64,000 nucleotides of DNA from the human T2T-CHM13v2.0 reference genome, Homo sapiens: the NCBI RefSeq assembly GCF_009914755.1, contig NC_060935.1; one strand, written 5' to 3'. Every line of letters begins with the position of its first letter. Position 1 is the stretch's first letter. The position numbers and the translations under genes were made by a program. This document shows positions 14,330 to 29,433 of the stretch, piece after piece. The notes under the pieces are model-generated. The model saw only the letters and a list, made by a program, of their open reading frames with translations, had not been told where the DNA came from and searched no databases.

Positions 14330-15300
14330 GGCTTACGTTAATTGCATAGTTATCTGTAATGTGTTCTCCTTCTCCAGGATGGGTATTGGCATTTTCTTTC
14401 CATTCTTTGGTTGTCTCTAGAAAGTCTCAGACATAGCTCAAAAACAACAGGTCCAAAGCAGGATTCCTGATTTCTTCCCCAAACCTGGCCCCTGTACCCT
14501 CACCCCAGACTTCCTCCCTCCCACACTATCATCCACCCAGCACTCTGGCCAGAAACTAAGTGTCGTCTTCAGACTTCCATCCCCCTCACCCCTTTCCCTG
14601 CCAACTCTTGCTCCTCATCCCACCTGCATCTTGCATTTCCACAGCCATCACCGTCTCTCGATGCACTGCCAGCATGGCATGATGTCTGGTACCCACAGCC
14701 AATTCTTCACACGGCAGCTGGAGAGATCTTCCAGATGAACCAGGGCAGGTCACTGCTCAACTTGAAACCCTTCCATAACATCCAATGGCCTGAGAATAAC
14801 ACCCAGACTCTTCATCCAGCCTGTAACATCTTCATGTGGTCTGGTGTCTGCCTTCCCCTCCCACACTGTGCTCCAGCCATACTCCAAACTCCTTCCTGCC
14901 TCAGGGCCTTTGCACATGCTATTACCTTCCCAGAACACCCTTCCCTGCCTCTGCCTCTGCATATACTTGGCTCCTTCTCATCTTCAAGCTTCAGCTTAAA
15001 TGTCATCTCCTCAGAGAAGCCTTTCTTGACCTCCTTATTTCATTATTTAAATGAGCTCCCCACACTTCAGTAATTTCCTTCTGAGTTTTTCATCACAATT
15101 TGTAATTGTTTTACTTTTCTGTGAGTTTCAAAAAAAAAAAAAACAAAAAAAAGTCTGATTGATTGGGTACTCTCATAAGAACAAAAGCCCCATGAAGGCT
15201 GTTCTTGGGGCCCTACATGCCTTGTCCACTATTGTGTTCCCAGTGTTGTGCCCCACAGCAGTCATTGTTTAGCCATCAGCTCAATTCATGCATGAAGAGA
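14330..15300 (-). mobile_element. L2 fragments
   Basis: cctcagggcctttgcacatgct...tcagcttaaatgtcatctcctcagagaagccttt, L2 3' end words. Confidence 0.7.
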
Positions 15301-18300
15301 CTGAATGGAATCTATCCAGATATTACTGGCAAGAATCTGCTGGCCAGAGTGGGCCAATTCAGATAGGCAGGGCCCCTAGAGATGGAGCCTTAATCAGGCT
15401 TGTTGCTGCCCCTGTGCCACACCCCCTAGGTACCTGTAGCTATGTGGCCCTAACAAACAAAGCAGATTCAACCACAGCAGCTCCTGGGTCATGGCTGCCA
15501 CAATCCAGGCTTTTGAGAAGCCATCCCAGGGCTCCAGCTGAGGAACAACAGCTCTCATGCAAATATAAACCCTTTATCCTTTAGATAAAAGAGCAGCAAA
15601 AACGCATCCTCCAGCCCCTGCCTCCACTGCGTGCCTCCCTTTACACATAAATACCCATCTCAGCCCTCAGGGGGTAGCGGGTATCTCTGTAATTCCAGCA
15701 GCTCTGGCTGTCACCTCTGGCACAGACCTAGCCTCCCCAGCTCCCTGCCTGAGGGTCTTTTTGGCTTACAAAAATGACTACTCTTCCCTGTCAGCATAGT
15801 CTGTGTCTCTGGGGGCCAGTGGGAGGAAGCGACCCCTGGAGTTTGCTACAGAAAAGCCCCAGGCCCAAGCCTTTCTCAGTCTGTAGCTTCCACCAACCCC
15901 CATCCCATCCTGGGCTGCTGGAGCCAGCCCCTGTGTTCCTTAACAGGATGCCGCTTGAAGCTGCACAGCTGTGGGGACCGGTGGAGAGCATCTGGAAGCT
16001 GTGTTCCCCTGACGGCAACTCAGCTGCTCCCTGGGCACCCGCAAAGCCCGCGTCACCCATCTAATGAAACAGGGCTCCCAAGAGGCCTGCAGTCTCCACA
16101 GAGGAGGAGGACATGGACTCTCAGACGAGTCTCAATTTCACAGCATCAGGGACGTGAGCACCAGCGCGCTGAACCAGAAAACGAGAGTCTGGCAGGAGCT
16201 GCAGACACACCATGAGCACCAGGGGATGGGAGATTAGGGCCCTTCAAAATCAATTTTGAATTCAAACTTTTAAATGTGTTCTCCAGGCACAAAGAGGGGA
16301 CCCTCCCGGCAAGCTGGACCCAGGCAGCTGCCGGGTCCTGCTTCCTTCTTGAAGCCGCCAGAGCCCATCTGCTAGCCACGGGGCTGGGTGAGGGGAGGAA
16401 GGGCTGGGGGTTAAGAGGGAGAATCCAGGCCCCACCCCCAAGAGCGGCAGGGATGGAAACCCCTTTGGCTGGGGCTGAGACAGCACTGCCTCTGGGATGC
16501 CTGCCTGAGGCATTGCCCCGGGGCTTCCTATTGAGGCCCTGGGGGTTGCTTCAGCCCTTCTTTGCAGACCTGGATAAGAGAGAGAGACGCTGAAAGCAAG
16601 GCCCACGTGAGCCAGATTTCCCTTCAGCCCCCCGCATGGCTGAGGAGGTTCAGGGAGCATCCGTAGATGAAGCTGTTTAGAATACAAGCTTTGGAGTCAG
16701 ACAGTTTGGGATCTGTATCCTAAACCAGCCATGGGCTCCCAGGCAGAAGATCCTTGTTCAGAAGTGAATGTCTCTTCCGGAAACCTGGTGGGAGAAAGCC
16801 TGCTGTGAGTGTCTTGCAGTGCAGCCCCTGTGAAGTGAGAGTGGTCTGAAGCCCCCAAGTGCAAAGGGAAAGTGTCATCCCGTGTGAGAGTCAGCAGGGT
16901 GGGCCGGCTGCTGGGCAAGCTGGTATGGCCGCAGGCTGCATTATCCAGAGCACAGAGTCTGCAGCCAGGGAGCTGACAGCCATGCTGTCTGTCATCTGTC
17001 AGACCATGTCTGGAGTACAAGTACCATCTGGGCCCTGCACCCAGGTGAGGTGGACAAGGAGGCACGGGGTAGTGGGCCTCACCAAGCCAGAACAGACTGC
17101 TCTAGCCAAACCCTAGAAAGGGCCCCAGGCCCACAGTAGGAAGGCCTTTGGAGGCATGAGCCCACAGAGGATGTTCCTGGCAGCTTCGGCTGCAGCCCCC
17201 CACTCCTGCCTGGGTCCCTGTTGAGCCCCATTTGTGCCTCCCAGCCTATCATCAGCTCACAGTGCATGTGTTCCCCATCTCTGGGTGGGGAAGCTGGTCT
17301 ATGACAAGATTCTTTGAGATCACTGACTCCCTCAGCCCCAGCCCCAGAGTTTTCCAAACCCCTGGCTAGCTCCCAACTTTAAGCCATACTCCTGACACAT
17401 AAACATGAATGAGTGTGAACCACCCTGTGGGTAAGAGACAACAGAATACAGCCACCGTGGCCTCGGGCCTGCAGGGGCTTCACAGGGAGCCCTTTCTGGA
17501 ATAAGGAGCACCGGGAAAGGAGGCTGGGGTCACCAGATCACATATAGGAGAGGAGGCAGGGACTCCCCAGCCCCTCCTAGCCCCCAGCTTGGGAGTGGGC
17601 TGCTGGCTTTGCAAGGAAATTACAACATGGGCCTGGGTAAGGCTCCTCTTAGTTACAGCATAAACTGCAGCAATAAAGCGTACCTGGGGAATGTTTAGAG
17701 AAAGCACTAATGATTTCTTCCCTAGTGGTTAATAAATTCACTTCCAGATCAATTTGTTCACGATAGAGCCCTGTGAGCGGAACCCGCATGGCGGGCACAG
17801 CCGAGTGTGTCTTTTTCAGTATAAATGATTTATTACGATGATTAGCAGCACATAAACAATTTAAAATACAACGCTAATTAGTTTGGGGAAGAAAGGAGGG
17901 GAAAAGCCACCCTGCCTCTCTCCCCATTATGTTCTACTTCCCTAAGTGTGTACTTTTTAATTAAATCCAAATGTCACAATAAACTTAAAGTGTTTTATTA
18001 CCACTCGGGCTAACTGAGGCAGTCATGTGAGCCCCCCTCTCAGGCATCTGCAGGCTGGCCTGGGGGTAAGGGCTGGGGGCACCAGCAGAGGCTGTCCACA
18101 AACTCCCAACATGGGAGATCTCTTGAGAACCCTGGAAACCCCTCATGGTTTTCAGCAGCACCAGGTCAGTAAACACTGGGCCTTCCCAGGGGACTCTCCA
18201 CCTTCTGCTCACCTTCCTGGCCAGCCCAAGCAAGGTCTCCTCCTTAAAGCCTGCTCTGACCAGCCCAGAAGCCAGCCACTTCTACCCGACAGTTCCACAG

Positions 18301-19101
18301 TACCCTGCATCCTCTTCACCCCTCCTCGTGTGCCCTATAACCTTCTACCAACTACCTTCTGTGTGCCTGGTATCATGCCCGGCACTTCATGTACAGCATC
18401 TTCCCAAGTCCTTGTTGTGGTGCTGTAAGTTGTAATTATTGCTTCCATTTTGTGGATGGGGAAACTGAGGCTCAGAGAGGTGGAACAACTTATCTAAAGT
18501 CACACAGCTCAAAATGGACTTTTGTAGCATCCTTTGCCCTCCTACAGCATGCTCCGCTTCAGAGCCTACAACTGGCCATGTCTGGGCCCTGCCTTGCTTA
18601 GAGACACATCTGAGGCAAGGGTTCAGGCCAGGGACTTGGACTCTGGTGAGCCTGGGTTCAAGTTCAGGCTCTGCCATCGACCCATATTGTGAACTCCGGC
18701 AAGTCATTTAGCCTCTCTGAGCTTCAGCTTCCTCATCAGCAAAACTAGAGCAATAACATTCAACTTGTAGGGCTGAAGAATGAAAGTACCTAAAGCAAGC
18801 AGAAGTCCTTTGCTATCCTTGATATGCTAGGCAAGTAGTAGCTATTTACAGAAGCCCTTGAGGTGAGCAAAGATCCGTACTAACCCCACTTCATAGATCA
18901 GAAAACTGAAGCCAGCAGGCAAAAGATTTATCCAAAGTGCCAATGAACCCCAGGATCTCACTGGGGAAGTACCAGGCTAAGGGCAGCCTCCCTTCCGGAA
19001 GTTCGGACAACCAAGGATGGCTTCTCTCCTAAACACTCATGTACTATTCATTTGAATTTAAAAACAAATATCCCCAAACACAGAGTTTTCATATGACTCA
19101 G

Positions 19102-19511
19102 TGTGTTAATCTTTCTTGTGTTGCTATAAAGACATAGCTGAGGCTGGGTAATTTGTAAAGAAAAGAGGTTTAACTGGCTCACAGTTCTGTAGGTTGTACA
19201 AGCATGGTTCCAGCCTCTGCTCCTGGTGAGTCCTCAGGAAGCTTCCAATCATGACAGAAGAGGAAGGGGAAAAAGCAAGTCACATGGTGAGACTGGGAGC
19301 AAGGGAGATGGGGGAGGTGCCACACTCTTTTAAACAACAAGATTTTGAGTGAACTGAACAAGAACTCACTCATCACCAAGCGGATAGTGCTAAGCCATTC
19401 ATGAGGGAGCCATCCCCGTGATCCAATCACCTCCCACCTGTCCCCACCTGCAACACTGGGAATCTCATTTCAACATGAGATTTGGAGGGGACAAACATCG
19501 AAACCATATCA
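19102..19511. mobile_element. MaLR solo LTR (MSTA/MSTB-like) inserted in an L1
   Basis: TG...CA termini; 5-bp TSD ctcag/cccag; L1 sequence catatgac|ccagcaactccc joins across it. Confidence 0.88.
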
Positions 19512-20062
19512 CCCAGCAACTCCCCTCCTAAGTATATCCCCAAGAAAAATGAAAATATAGGTCTTAACAAAAACTTGCACATGAACGTTCCTAGCAGCAT
19601 TACTCACAACAGCCAAAAAACAGAAACAACCCAAATGTCCATCAATTGACAAACGAATAAATAAAACATGGTATATACATACAATGGAATATGATTTGGC
19701 CACAAAAAGAAATGAAGTACTGACATATGCTACATCATGAAGGAACCTTGCAAACATTATGCCAAGAAAGAAGGCAGATACAATAACCACATATTGCATG
19801 ATTCCATTTATATGAAATGTCCAGAATAGGCAAAGCTATACAGAAAGAAAGTAGTTTAGTGGTTGCCAGGGAGGGAGGAATGGGGAGTGACTGCTAATGG
19901 GCTGAAGGTTCTTTTTGAGGTGATAAAAATGTTTTTCAATTAGATAATGGTGATGACTGCATAACTCTGTGAATATACCAAAAACCACTAAAGTATCTAT
20001 TTTAAAAAGGTTAATTTTGTGGTATGCAAATGATAAATCAATAAAGCTATTATAAAACAAAA
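19512..20062 (+). mobile_element. L1MB-like 3' end
   Basis: aaacaacccaaatgtccatcaa...tacaatggaatatg...aataaagct plus A-rich tail. Confidence 0.85.
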
Positions 20063-22837
20063 CAAACAAAAACAAATAAATATTCCTTTGAGAACAGGAG
20101 AAACCAGTTCATAAAATATTCAGTCCTGGGGTCAGCATAGGGGGGGAAATAACCTGTGGCAGCTAGAAGCTGCCAGGTGGGGGGACCTGGGAGGCCCCAT
20201 GGCCAGCCTCACAGGGGGCAGGCCCTGGTCACCTCATCCCCCTGCTGGGATGAAAGGGATGAAAGGGCTCCAGAGCACCCCCTTACCTCCTTCCCCAGAC
20301 CCCCACATCCAGAAATCTGACTCCATCCACTTTTCCAGCCCTGCTCCCCAGGAAACTCAAACCTTACTGGATCCATCACTCTCCTTGGCCCATCTGCTTC
20401 CACAACTGCATTCTCATTTTGTCTTCCCAGGTCTCTCTTTGTTGAAATTTCTGCATCCTTCAAGGACTATGCCCTACCTGCAAACTGAGCATGCCCATGG
20501 CAGGGGGGTCCCTCTTTCAGGACCTTGAGCTTGTCCTACCTTGGACACCACGAGTACATAACAGTATGTGCATAATGCTACATGCATAATGAATAGCATC
20601 ATAGTAAGGACTCCCCCAGGCAGGGTTGGGTAAGGGATGCTGCCCTCTCCCAGGGCCTGTGAGCCCCACCTGGCACAGGGATGTGCCAGCTTAGATCCAG
20701 TCCACGAGGGTAGGAAGGAAAGCAACGAGGCTGCCTTTGAAGGGGGAGAGCACCATGCCCAGACTAGGGACAGCACCCTTTGTAGCTAATCTGAGAGGAC
20801 AACCCAAAAAGATGAAGCATCCTGGCCAGCAGGGGGAGCTGGGGCCGCACTGGGGCAGGGGCATTTGCCTGCCCCAGAGTTGGGAATGAGCAGGGATAGA
20901 CTGAGAGTAGTCACAGCGGCTCAGGCCTCATCTCCGCAGAGGCGACCAGCCTCCAATCCTCCCACAATGGAGAGAGCCCTATGGAGGGGACAGGACAGGT
21001 CTGGTCACTTGAAAGGACTATCTGGGCCTTGAAGCAAGTGGACACATGCTCGTTTTCTAGTCATTAGGTCAGTTCCCTGAGTCTACATGGATTCAACATG
21101 AAATGCTGTCTTGGGAAGCTGCCCCTTAGGGAAACTACCCTTGGAACTTCTCTAAATTTCTCCCCCAAAGTTCTATGAGGCCCAGGGATGAGAAGACTTC
21201 TCAAGGTAAGGGGTGGCAGGAGTACATGTTGCAAGTACCTTCCCTTTATGTAGCCACTGTGTTCTCACCAACACCTCCTCGGGTGGGCACAGTGCTGCCT
21301 GGCTGGCAAAACACATGAAAACATTTTCTGTCATTTGAGTTCTGTGCAGGGGGCAGGGAGGATGTTCTGGGTCTTAACTTACGTGACCAGGGCTCAGAAA
21401 AGTTAAGTGGTTTGCCCAATAACACACAGCAGTGGGTGGTAGAGCAAGATTGCCCGTGATCTCACAGTCAGAGGACCACAGTCCATGCTTGTTACCTCCC
21501 AAGTCAAAAGACAGCTACCCCTGCAGCAAGCGGTCAGGCCCTCATGCCGCTGCCGTCAATTTCAAAGAATTCTAAAGATTTCACATCTGCATGTATCTGA
21601 GCTGGTGCTCTTGGGGGTTCTCTCTCCTTGGAAGAGTGAGTCCGAAGCCTTTGCCATGGAAGGGAGGGCAGGATTCCTGGTAGTATGGACCACAGGGAGA
21701 AGAGTGTGTGCCCTTGAGACAGCATGGAGTGGGCTGGTGGGTCTCCAGGCCCTGGGCAGCCAGGCAGGAGTGGTGCCCATGCACCACATAGACACCTGAG
21801 TCTACAGACAGACCACTATACAGACCTCTCCCCTGAGGGACAGCTCATTGCAGAGGCAAGACCTTAGGCATAGTTCCCAGACTCCACGGAGGTGCTCTGC
21901 AGCCTCAGACAAGTTCTGCTCTTCTCTGGACTGATCTTAGTTGAATATAACTGGGGGTGGACTGGAGTAGAAATAGGTAAGGGTAGGGAGACCGTGAGCC
22001 ACGCCTCTTTCCCAGAATCAGCAGCTTTCATGAAAGCCACTCGGGAGAAAGAACACTGGCCCAGAGTGGGAGGGCCAAGAAACACTTTACAGACAGATCA
22101 GAGGAGGTCAGAGGAGTCAGGGACTGATCCATGGGTGGCTGGATAGGTCTAGACTTGCTGCCTCCCAGTCCTAGTGTCCTCCTACCTGCCTCAGGCCCAC
22201 AGTCTTTGGCTCCCTCCCTCAGAGCCTAGAAAGCCAGGATTGTGGTCCAGTCATGACAGCAGCAGAGGGGGAAGTGAAGGGTCAGGGAAGCCTTCAGGCC
22301 AAAGCTGGGCTGGGCAAGCAAGGGCCTCAGGGACAAAGCTGGGCAAGGACAGGCTTGCAGCCAGGGGCTCTGGTCTACCTTCCCTGGAGCTCAACTCCAG
22401 CTCTGGCCACAAGTTCAAGCCCTGCTACGGGGAGCTGAGCAGCTCCAGCCAGGATCTTGACCACCAGTAGACCTCAGATGAGCTCCCATTCCCAAGGCCA
22501 CAGCTTCAGCACAGTTTCTCTCCTAGACCTCAACTGCCTCCTCTGACCAACCCAGACCCCCACCTGCCTCACCCTGCACAGACCCAGACTGCGAGCTCTG
22601 GAGGAAACTGAAGGGAGGCAGACAGGAGTGTGGGGCCGTCTGAAGCCAGAGGGATGAGGAGAGGTCCATCTGTAAAGCTGAAAAAGAACCCCTCCCTCCC
22701 CATCATATGCTGCTTTCTCTGCCTCTAGTTTTATCCCCTCCCATTTGCTCTCCACAGAGTAAACCAAATGGTCTTAATAAAATGTAAATTTGAGCATGAG
22801 TCTTGCTTCTACCTAAAGCCATTCAAAGGTGTCTCGT

Positions 22838-22960
22838 TGTACACATGGACATAAAGATGGGAACAACAGACACTGATGGGTGACAGGATCTGTCATACCC
22901 CGAACCTCAGCATCATGCAGTATGCCCATGTAACATGTAACAAACCTGCACATGTGCCCC
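22838..22960 (+). mobile_element. Short L1PB/old L1PA 3' UTR fragment
   Basis: tacacatggacataaagatgggaacaacagacactg...aacctcagcatcatgc...aacaaacctgcacatgt. Confidence 0.7.
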
Positions 22961-23239
22961 AAGGATGTGGAGAAACTGGAACTCCTACCCACGGCCTGCA
23001 AGGCTCTGCACAATGTAGCGCTGCCAACCCTGACCACCCTGCAGCCTCACTGATGATGCCCCAAGCTCCAGTCACAATGGCCTCTGCAGTCTTGAACTTG
23101 GGGTTCCTTGTCCTCTCTCTGAGACAAAGGAATCCTTATGATTCTCTCCAATCCTCTCCTGACCTCCTTCACCTGTAAACTCATTCATTCATTATCCGCT
23201 CAACAAATATTTACTAAGCATCTACCAGCAGGGGCTAGC

Positions 23240-23880
23240 CCTTAACATCTACATTTTGATAAAAATTATACCAAAACTGAGGATTTTTCATCAAGAAAGT
23301 AACTCTTAATGAGCTTCATTAAGTCAATTTAATTCCTTGATCACTTTTCTATTCATTCATGTTAAACCATTTCTTCACCTTTCCCCATTTTTTTTTATTT
23401 TTGTGGAGATTATTTTCATCGGGATCAATTATTTTTAAATTGTTGAAGGTGACTATTGGCTTATGATCAGCTTTTGGCTCACTATAGATCTCACAAATTA
23501 GAGTTTTTGCCACTGTCGGGATTTCTTTTCTGGCAATTATTTCTACCAGAAAATGTTTCCTGAGCCAACTTCTGCAGATCTAAACTTTGTCAGGAAGATT
23601 TGATTCTTCTGTCAATTTTTAGTCAATAACATACTTTACCAGGTGCAGTCTTAGTTGTCGCCAGTTTTACTTTGTGTTAATTATTTCAACCAATTTTAAT
23701 TTCTTCCTGGATCTTTTTTTTGAGAATAATATCTCAATAATACTAATGAGATCTTATGCTCATGTAGAAGGCATATTTTAGCAGTGATCTGATAAACACT
23801 CTGAGGATCAAAGAATAGCATGAAAACATCCTCAGGGCACAAAGGCAGGTCAAAGCATTGAACTCTGCATTTGGGTGGAG
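23240..23880. mobile_element. AT-rich probable ancient DNA-transposon remnant (unassigned)
   Basis: Sharp compositional block without L1/L2/MIR words; family not identifiable by eye. Confidence 0.35.
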
Positions 23881-25000
23881 TACCAGCTTGGAACCAGGTG
23901 CCTGAGGGAGCCCTGCCCACTGCCCACTGCTCCCTGGAGCCCTGGCCCCTGCCAAGAAGATGCCTCACAGATGGGAAACAGCTTCTGGCTCGGGGGAGAG
24001 CAGCTGCCTGGAAGAGACAGCCTCTGACTGACAGGCAAAGAGCTGGGGTGCAGCCCGAGGCCCCATGCCAGTCGGATGCAGCCTCTGCTGGGCACAGACA
24101 TTTCTACTCAGAAAGTATTTCAGAAACACTCAGCTGAGAAAGGAAGCAGACGCTTCTCGGTGCCTTAGTTTCCCCAGCCATAAAAGGATGTAATTGGGGT
24201 ACTCTCAGCCCTAGGCTATGACTTCCACTCACTGGCCTCCAGGCTTTGAACCTGCTCCAGGGGTCCCCTCTACCTCCTAATTGAGACTCTACCTGGAAAC
24301 AGCAGGGGACAGGGCCTTCCACCTGGATTCGAGTGTGACAAGACCAAGTGTGGAGGGCTAAGGGCAACAGATGCTCTCACCTGGGAAACTGTGTGTCCCG
24401 ACCCCAGAAGTCCAGTGAAAGAGAAAGAGACCTCACTGGGAGTTCCTTTCTGCTGGCCTGGCCCTGCCACACCCATTCCCCAACAGTCATGTCTCCATAT
24501 ATGGCACCACAAGGTATGAAGCCAGCAGCCACCCTGGGAATGCAAATGGGGAAACCAAGACCCAGAAAGGGGAAGGGACCAGCCTAAGGACACACTGTGA
24601 GGTGGTGGCAGAGCTGGGATGTGGATGCAGCAGTTCTGGCTCCCAGCCCCGTGCTCACCAGCCTGTTTATGGGAGTGCTCCAGCCCACAGGAGAGCCTCC
24701 TCCACCCTGCTCCCACGTGAGGAACTGCCGACACTACCTTTACCCAGCCTGCCTCAAAAATGCCGCCTCCACCGCCCCGTAACAGCCAGGAAAGAAGCGG
24801 GGCCCTCAATCCAACAGCAGCGGGGAGGCTGGCTCAGGAAGGAACCACCCTCACCTCCTCTGCGGGTATCATCCCTGCGGACTGAGAAGAGAGGCCCTGG
24901 GGTGAGAGACCCCACTGGGGTGGCTTTGTAGGGCCCTCCCAGCCTTGGAAAACTGACCATCTGTGAGAAAAAAATCCAGCAGCCCCCGGCGCTGGTCCAG

Positions 25001-25380
25001 GGGTGTGTGTTTGTGTGTGAGAGAGAGAGAGTGCATGTGTCTGCCTGTGCAGGTAGGTGTGCGTGTGGTGTGTATGGGGGGGGTATAGGGGTGTGGTATG
25101 TGTGTGTGGTGTGTGTGGAGGGGTGGAGGGGTGTGGAGTGCGTGTGTGAGTGTGTGTGAGAGTGCATGTGTCTGCCTGTGTGGTGGGTGTGCGTGTGTGT
25201 GTGAATGTGTGTGAGTGTATGTGTGTGTATAGGTGTGTATGGGAGTGTGTGGTGGGTGTGTAATGTGTGTGAATGTATGTGGGAGTGTGTGTTTGTGTGT
25301 GGGGGTGTGCGTGTGTGGGGGTGTGCGTGTGTGTGTGAATGTGTGTGAGTGTGTGTGTGAGCATGTGTGTGTGTCCACAC
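25001..25380. repeat. Compound degenerate (TG)n tract
   Basis: ~380 bp of gtgt units; internal repeat gagagtgcatgtgtctgcctgtg at ~25027 and ~25158. Confidence 0.95.
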
Positions 25381-25739
25381 ATATTCAGCACCATCCCTCC
25401 CACAGCTACAGCCAAGGAGGGCCTGTGAGTGTCTTTACCGCCACCTCCCCAGGCTCATGGCAGGCGGGGCCTGTTTCTCGCCTAAACTCTTCAACATGCC
25501 AACTTGCTGGGGTATCCCAGCCAAGTGTCTTTTCCTCTCTGGACACAACCTAGTCCTCTGCAAAATGGGGCTAGTATTTGTCCTCTTAGCCTCCCAAGGG
25601 TGTTGTGAAGATGAAATGAAAGACTCCGAGACATCTGTGCCCTTCCCTGGCATGAGGTGACCCAGGAGTCCTCCTGGGAATGGAGCTGGTGAGGCATTCT
25701 CTCTGGAGGCAGCTGCTATTCCAGAGGCTGGCCTCTCAT

Positions 25740-26275
25740 GGCAGGCCACCTTCTAAAATGGTCCCCAGTGATCCTGCCTCCTGGCACTCACACCCTTGTA
25801 TCATCTGCCCCACTTCCTTGAGTGTGGGCTGGACCTAGTGGCTTGCTCCCAAGGAAGGAAACACAGCAAAGGTGATGGAATGTCACATCTGTGATTCATA
25901 GACAGACTTCCTTCTTGTAAGCAGACACTGTCTTTCAATGGCTTTCAGGAAGCAGGCAGCCACGTTGGAGAGGCCCATACGGCATGGCCACCATGGCCAG
26001 CAAGGCGTGGAGGCCCTCAGTCCAGCAGCCCGTGAGGAACCGCATTCTGCCAGCCACCAAATGACTGAGCTTGAAACAACCCCACATGAATCTTGAGATG
26101 AACCCACAGCCCCAGGTGACACACCTTGATCACAGTCTGAGAGAAATCCCGGAGCAGAGAACCAAGTAAAGATTCCTGGTCCACAGCAACGAGAGAATAA
26201 GTAGGTATTGTTTCTAGCTGCTAATTTTGGAATGTGTGTTGGAATGTGTTACGCAGCTGTAGATAATTAATACAC
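25740..26275. mobile_element. MLT1-type MaLR LTR
   Basis: ttctaaaatggtccccagtgatcc...gagtgtgggctggacctagtg...gttacgcagctgtagataattaataca. Confidence 0.75.
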
Positions 26276-28308
26276 TGCCACAGTGGCATATATACTCTGC
26301 AGAGAAGGGTCCTCTCCTCAGGCCATTGAGAGGGGGCCCTGCAGACAGCTCTCTGCCTGACAACCCGTGTTGTTGTGAACTTCCTCCTAGAGCACAGGCC
26401 TTGATGTGGAGTGTTTCGAGGAGAGGAGCCCAGAGGACAGAGCCCTGTCTCCAACTGCCCTACCCAGGCCCCCTGCCCTCAGTTGGGCAGACGAGGAAAG
26501 TGGGAGAAGCTGCCTCACGTCCTCAAGGAGCCACAGCCGTGGATCCTTTCCAAAGAGCAATCCTCCCAAAGCTGGGAACTCCAGGCCTGTCTGGAGCAGG
26601 GCAAGCTTTCCAAAGCACATCCACTTCCCCTGTCTCCCCTGCTCTCACCAGTACCCCAGGGAGGACAGAGAAATGGCACCAGTCATCTACAAGACTCTCA
26701 GAAGCTTTGCCTGTTCAAGTTTCAACAGACCTAAAAGGTAAACGTGATCATACCCATTTTACTACTTGGAATTATTATTAGAATTTATTCATCAGAATGA
26801 CTTAGCAGCAGAGGCAGGATTTGAACCCGTGTGACTCAAAGCCCACTTCCTATTTGTTTTACAAATAGGAAAACTGAGAATCAGAGAGTTTGAACATTCT
26901 GATGGCACCCACAGGTAGCCCCACACAGTCCTTCCTGGATACTGTCGTCAGGATTGGGGTTTTTAAAGATCGAGGGGAGAGGACACGCAGGATGGAGCAG
27001 GACTGTAGGAGCCCAGGCCAGCACTGCTCCCACTTGTCTGGCAAGAGTGGGTCTCCCTCCTGCTCTCTATCAAGTCATCGTGCCAACCAGCAAAGTTGAA
27101 TTATTAAAACTCCTTTCTGGGGTACCCCACGAATTTTTCCCCGCCGAGACTCAGAGAAGAGGGGCAGCCACTCCCGCCACACAATATTAAAATGTCAGGA
27201 GTTTAAGGCCTGCGTTGGTTGAGTCATAAGTTATCAGCACCCAGTGAGGGCCGACAGAATGCCTCCCCTAAATTATTAAGCAGAATGCGTCAGACTGTAA
27301 TATTTTGCTAAACCAAAGTACAGACACAGACAAAGATGTCATTTCAATATTTGAAACCAGCAAGTTTAATTTAAAATAAGAGCAAACCAATAAGCTCAGA
27401 ACATAGCGGCGTATGAGAGGAAAATTATACTGTGAGAGGAAAAAAAAGTGGAAGGACTTAAGAAATTTATAAAAGTAATCTCCAAGTGGAAATTAGAAAT
27501 CAAGGCCTAGAAACAGAATAACACAAAAGAAATATTACTGTCCACTTTCTAAATCAATATAACACTGCTCCACGCCGGAATTACCATGGTAACTCAAGTA
27601 AAAAGAATCAAGCAATTCCTATTATTTCAAAATAAAATCACAGCCTGAAGCCTGGGTTTTATTACAACCACTGATAGATCGCTGGCTTGTATTTATCTGA
27701 AATATTGCTTTTCAATCAGCTGGTTTATGAATGTACACAGGCCTCTCACCAGCCCACTTACCACCCCATTTTGAGGCTAGGGGCCAACCAATGAATTGAT
27801 TCTCACCTGGCTGCATCTGCATATATGCTCAGGTCTAAGTCAGCTCAGGGAACACAGAACATCACATCCTTTCAAGCCGTCTAGTGGCTTTGCAGGACAG
27901 AGAGGAAAACCTGAAAGAGGCAACGGGGACTGACCTGATTGACCTGAGGAATGGAGCTGGGCTCCCATGGCAGCCCCCCTCAAACTGCCCACAGCAACCT
28001 TCCTCCCACCCCAAGTCATCTTCTCACAGGTTCGTCACCCTTCCTTGAACTCTGAGTGTCTTTCTCTCCATCCCCACGTCTGACAGCTGGAAAAGGGAGC
28101 AGACAGAGCAGAGAGAGTGAGCGCACTGACTCTGCAGTCAGCCTGCTTGGGTTCACAGCCCAGCCCTGGCATTCTTGAGCTGTGGGAGCTGGAACCAATT
28201 ACTCAATCTCTTTGTACAATAATTTTCTCATCTGTAAAATGAGGGTAATAGTAGCTTCTTCCTAAGGTTCTTATGGGTATTAAATGAGATTATACATGGA
28301 AGATGCTT

Positions 28309-29433
<1,125 letters not shown>

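Noticed and set aside
24754-25553. His/Thr-rich and Cys/Val-rich ORFs
   Set aside because: Translations of the (TG)n/(CA)n tract.
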